Source: an uncultured Spirochaetota bacterium
Lineage (GTDB): Bacteria > Spirochaetota > Brevinematia > Brevinematales > JAOACQ01
Assembly: GCA_963835575.1 (NCBI GenBank)
Contig: CAWIGG010000004.1
Location: 640,001 to 704,000, forward strand
Length of the DNA: 64,000 bases
Direction of reading: 5' to 3'
Shown here: piece after piece, positions 61,376 to 64,000 of the stretch
How positions within the stretch are numbered: position 1 is the first letter of the stretch
Layout of the letters: every line of letters starts with the position of its first letter
Program-made: the position numbers and the translations under genes
The notes under the pieces: model-generated
Databases searched by the model: none
What the model saw: only the letters and a program-made list of their open reading frames with translations
What the model was told of the DNA's origin: nothing

Positions 61376-62617
61376 TCAGTCTCCTTTTGAAGCCGAATTC
61401 CCGGCAACATATCCGGATGACCAGGCCCACTGGAGGTTATACCCGCCGGAATCGCCGTCTATGTCTAATATTTCTCCGCAAAAATAAAGACTTCTGTTCA
61501 ATTTCGATTCAAGCGTCAGGGTGTCTATTTCACTGCAGCTGACGCCTCCCGCTGTTATCTGGGCATTATTCCAGCCCGTGTCCCCGGCCACTATAAATTT
61601 CCAGCCGTTTAATATCTCAGCAATACTATTTATATCCTTTTCAGATAATTCAGAAGCTTTCTGGTTTAATTTTAAACCGGCGGATTTAATAATGGTCTGG
61701 CCAATCCGTTTATTCAAAATGCCTGTAAGAAAATTCTCCAGAAGGCGTTCCGGGTGATTCTCTACTCTTTTATTTAAATTAGCGATTTTTTCCTTGAGTG
61801 TCAAATCCGGAAGAAAATTAATGCCGATTTCCACTGTCTTTCTATTCATTATCCCTTCAACAGCGGATCGGCTTAAATCCAATACGGCAAGTCCGGAAAT
61901 GCCGTAATTGGTAAAAATGATATCGTCCGCAACATGTTTTTTAATATTATTATTGATATAGAGAGACACTTCAGCGGCCCAGTTCATTTTTTCCATAGAT
62001 TTATGGACATCTCCAGATAGTTTTAGCTGAACTAATGCAGGGAATGGATGAATGATATTATGTTTCATTATTTGCGCCAGACGGAACCCTCCGCCGTCGC
62101 TCCCCGTGTGAGGCGCGGCTTTACCGCCGCAGGCTAATATTGTTTTATCGCATTCAAAAGCGCGGCCGTTTTTATCCGTTAATTCAAATGTTCCGTCATT
62201 ATTTTGAATAATGGATGTGATTTCAGTCTGGCAGACCAGATTAATATTCAGTTTTTCTATTTCCAGGCGGAGCAAGTCCAGGACGCTTGAAGCCTGCCGG
62301 CTCCGGGGAAAGATTTTTCCATTTTCCCCGGTAATAAATTCCAGGCCGAGTTCTTTAAAAAAAGACAATGTTTTATCTTTATTGAATTGATTAATGATAT
62401 TTATAATGAAAGAGGGGTTATTTCCATGATAATGTTCTGCTGTAATCAATTCATTTGTGATATTGCAGCGGCCGTTGCCTGTTGTGAGGAGTTTTTTCCC
62501 CATACGGTCATTTTTTTCAAGTATAATCACTTCAGCGCCGTTTCTAGCGGCCTGTACCGCTGCCATCATTCCTGAGGCGCCGCCTCCGATGACTGCGGTC
62601 CTCAATCCTTTTGTCAT
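61376..62617 (-). CDS. HI0933-family FAD-dependent oxidoreductase
   Basis: GGGASG, GKKLLTTGNGRCN, TGSDGGG, TAGGV, GGYNLQWAWSSG. Confidence 0.93.
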   Translation of the reverse strand: MTKGLRTAVIGGGASGMMAAVQAARNGAEVIILEKNDRMGKKLLTTGNGRCNITNELITAEHYHGNNPSFIINIINQFNKDKTLSFFKELGLEFITGENGKIFPRSRQASSVLDLLRLEIEKLNINLVCQTEITSIIQNNDGTFELTDKNGRAFECDKTILACGGKAAPHTGSDGGGFRLAQIMKHNIIHPFPALVQLKLSGDVHKSMEKMNWAAEVSLYINNNIKKHVADDIIFTNYGISGLAVLDLSRSAVEGIMNRKTVEIGINFLPDLTLKEKIANLNKRVENHPERLLENFLTGILNKRIGQTIIKSAGLKLNQKASELSEKDINSIAEILNGWKFIVAGDTGWNNAQITAGGVSCSEIDTLTLESKLNRSLYFCGEILDIDGDSGGYNLQWAWSSGYVAGNSASKGD

Positions 62618-63120
62618 CTCTTTTTTACCCGGGCTTCCAGTTCTTTTTTCAGCTCTTCAATATTTTTGACACCGATGACCGTATCGTTTCTCCTGCGGTC
62701 GATGGACTGATTGGCGAGCTTCCGGCTCCAGCCTTCGGCGTATTCGCAGGCGATAATGGGTTTATTATATGCCCAGGCATAGGCTATTTCGGAAAGAGTA
62801 CCTGAACCGCCGCCGACAACGACTACTATATCAGCGGAAAGGACATTCATGGAGTTACGGGCATAACCGATCCCGGTGGCGATGGCAACAGTTTCATATT
62901 CATTTCCTTCATTGACATCTTCACTGGGCAATAAAGAAATAATAAGCCCCTTATTCTCCATCGCCCCTTTTGAGGACGCGGCCATAACGCCCTGCCTGCC
63001 GCCGGTGATGAGGGCCCAGCCCTTCCCGGCTATATATTTACCGATTTCATAGGCTATCCGGTTATTCTGTTCTATCTCTTCGCTGTCGCCTATGAGTGTA
63101 ATCTGGATTTTTCTATTCAT
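62614..63120 (-). CDS. LOG/SLOG-family (TIGR00725-type) nucleotide-binding protein
   Basis: ITGGRQGVM, TGIGYARN, GGGSGTLSEIAYA. Confidence 0.88.
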   Translation of the reverse strand: MNRKIQITLIGDSEEIEQNNRIAYEIGKYIAGKGWALITGGRQGVMAASSKGAMENKGLIISLLPSEDVNEGNEYETVAIATGIGYARNSMNVLSADIVVVVGGGSGTLSEIAYAWAYNKPIIACEYAEGWSRKLANQSIDRRRNDTVIGVKNIEELKKELEARVKKR

Positions 63121-63122
63121 AA

Positions 63123-64000
63123 TTATCGATCCTTCACTTTTCTTAAAATGACAAATTCATTTGAATACAGTGTAAATACTTTTTTCCTTTTCAGCGGATG
63201 GTCTTTTGAAATGTCGACAAAATCGCCGTTTCCAAGGAACTGGGTCAGGTCGATCTGGATATTCTTTTCGGAATTATTTATGAAAATTGTCAATTTATCG
63301 AAATGATTAAAGCGCTCAAAACCTATAACACTTTCCTGAGAAAAGAAGAAGCGTATGTCTCCGTCTGAAAGGACATGATTATCCATTCTAATCCGGATCA
63401 TTGTTTTGTAAAAATTGAGAACATCTTTATCCCATTTTTCCTCATTCCATTCCATAAAGCGGCGGTTATCCGGATCATGGCCGCCTTCCATTCCGTTCTC
63501 CTCGCCGTAATAAATCATCGGGATGCCGAGGAAGGTAAATTGAAAAGCTACTGCCAGTTTAAGGCGGTTGATATCTTTTTCCACGATTGAATAAAACCGG
63601 GGAGTATCATGGCTCGATAACAGATTCAGCATGACAAAATTAGCCTGCATGGGATAATCAAAAAGCTGACGGCCCAGTTCTATTACAAAATTCTCGGCGG
63701 ACATCTTTTTCCGGGCAAAAAATTCGACACAAGCGTCCCTGAAGCGGTAATTCACTACTGAGTCGAATTCATCGCCTTTAAGCCATTGGCTGCCGTTCTG
63801 CCATATTTCTCCGGCTAAAAATGCCTCGGGATTGATGGACTTGACTGCGGAACGGAATTCCTTCCAGAAGGAATGGTCTATTTCGTTAGGTATATCCAGA
63901 CGCCAGCCTGACGCTCCCCTCTTGAGCCAGTTCCCGGCTATTTCCAGTATATATGATTTAACTTCAGGGTTCTGCATATTCAGCTTAGGCAGGGAGGGAA
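63123..64000 (-). CDS. GH13 neopullulanase/cyclomaltodextrinase-like alpha-glycosidase, C-terminal part
   Basis: PKLN, GWRLD, GEIW, LSSHDTPR, GIPMIYYGEE, DPDNRR; the start is outside the window. Confidence 0.9.
   Translation of the reverse strand, partial: PSLPKLNMQNPEVKSYILEIAGNWLKRGASGWRLDIPNEIDHSFWKEFRSAVKSINPEAFLAGEIWQNGSQWLKGDEFDSVVNYRFRDACVEFFARKKMSAENFVIELGRQLFDYPMQANFVMLNLLSSHDTPRFYSIVEKDINRLKLAVAFQFTFLGIPMIYYGEENGMEGGHDPDNRRFMEWNEEKWDKDVLNFYKTMIRIRMDNHVLSDGDIRFFFSQESVIGFERFNHFDKLTIFINNSEKNIQIDLTQFLGNGDFVDISKDHPLKRKKVFTLYSNEFVILRKVKDR

Noticed and set aside
666..63590. Many short ORFs overlapping larger genes (e.g. 1289-1645, 17520-17910, 50422-50832, 59944-60387)
   Set aside because: They are antisense or alternative-frame shadows of well-supported genes and have no motifs.
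1..64000. CRISPR array, prophage, integron, rRNA, tmRNA
   Set aside because: No regularly spaced repeats, cas, phage, integrase or rRNA-like sequence was recognised; smpB is present without a visible ssrA.

Overview
AT-rich chromosomal window, most likely from a spirochaete. The evidence is a spiro-SPASM-type protein, a short-hinge SMC and an RpoS-like sigma factor of Borrelia-like size; this taxonomy is an inference. Most genes are housekeeping (ilvBN, galT, glf, hemW, recA, argJ, obgE, proB, dapL, parAB, dgt, smc, smpB, comEC, guaA), alongside two tRNAs, several secreted TPR/ankyrin/VWA/outer-membrane proteins and five IS elements or remnants. The window appears to straddle the replication origin: it has a perfect parS, parAB and smc, and both gene orientation and GC skew (sampled by eye) switch at about 40.7-41.0 kb, yet there is no dnaA. 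Highlights: (1) a consensus sigma-54 (-24/-12) promoter directly in front of an RpoS-like sigma gene, resembling the Borrelia RpoN-RpoS cascade; (2) a candidate oriC away from dnaA with phased non-canonical boxes; (3) degenerate enzyme-like proteins (a HypF derivative and an H-NOX lacking its haem ligand); (4) strong Thr/Ser-Asn enrichment in some exported proteins, a possible modification motif; (5) a two-gene operon knocked out by two different IS elements on either side of an intact parS. Single-base frameshifts in comEC and an ankyrin gene may be real or assembly errors. No CRISPR array, prophage or rRNA was seen. All calls come from motif recognition by eye; no database searches were run.
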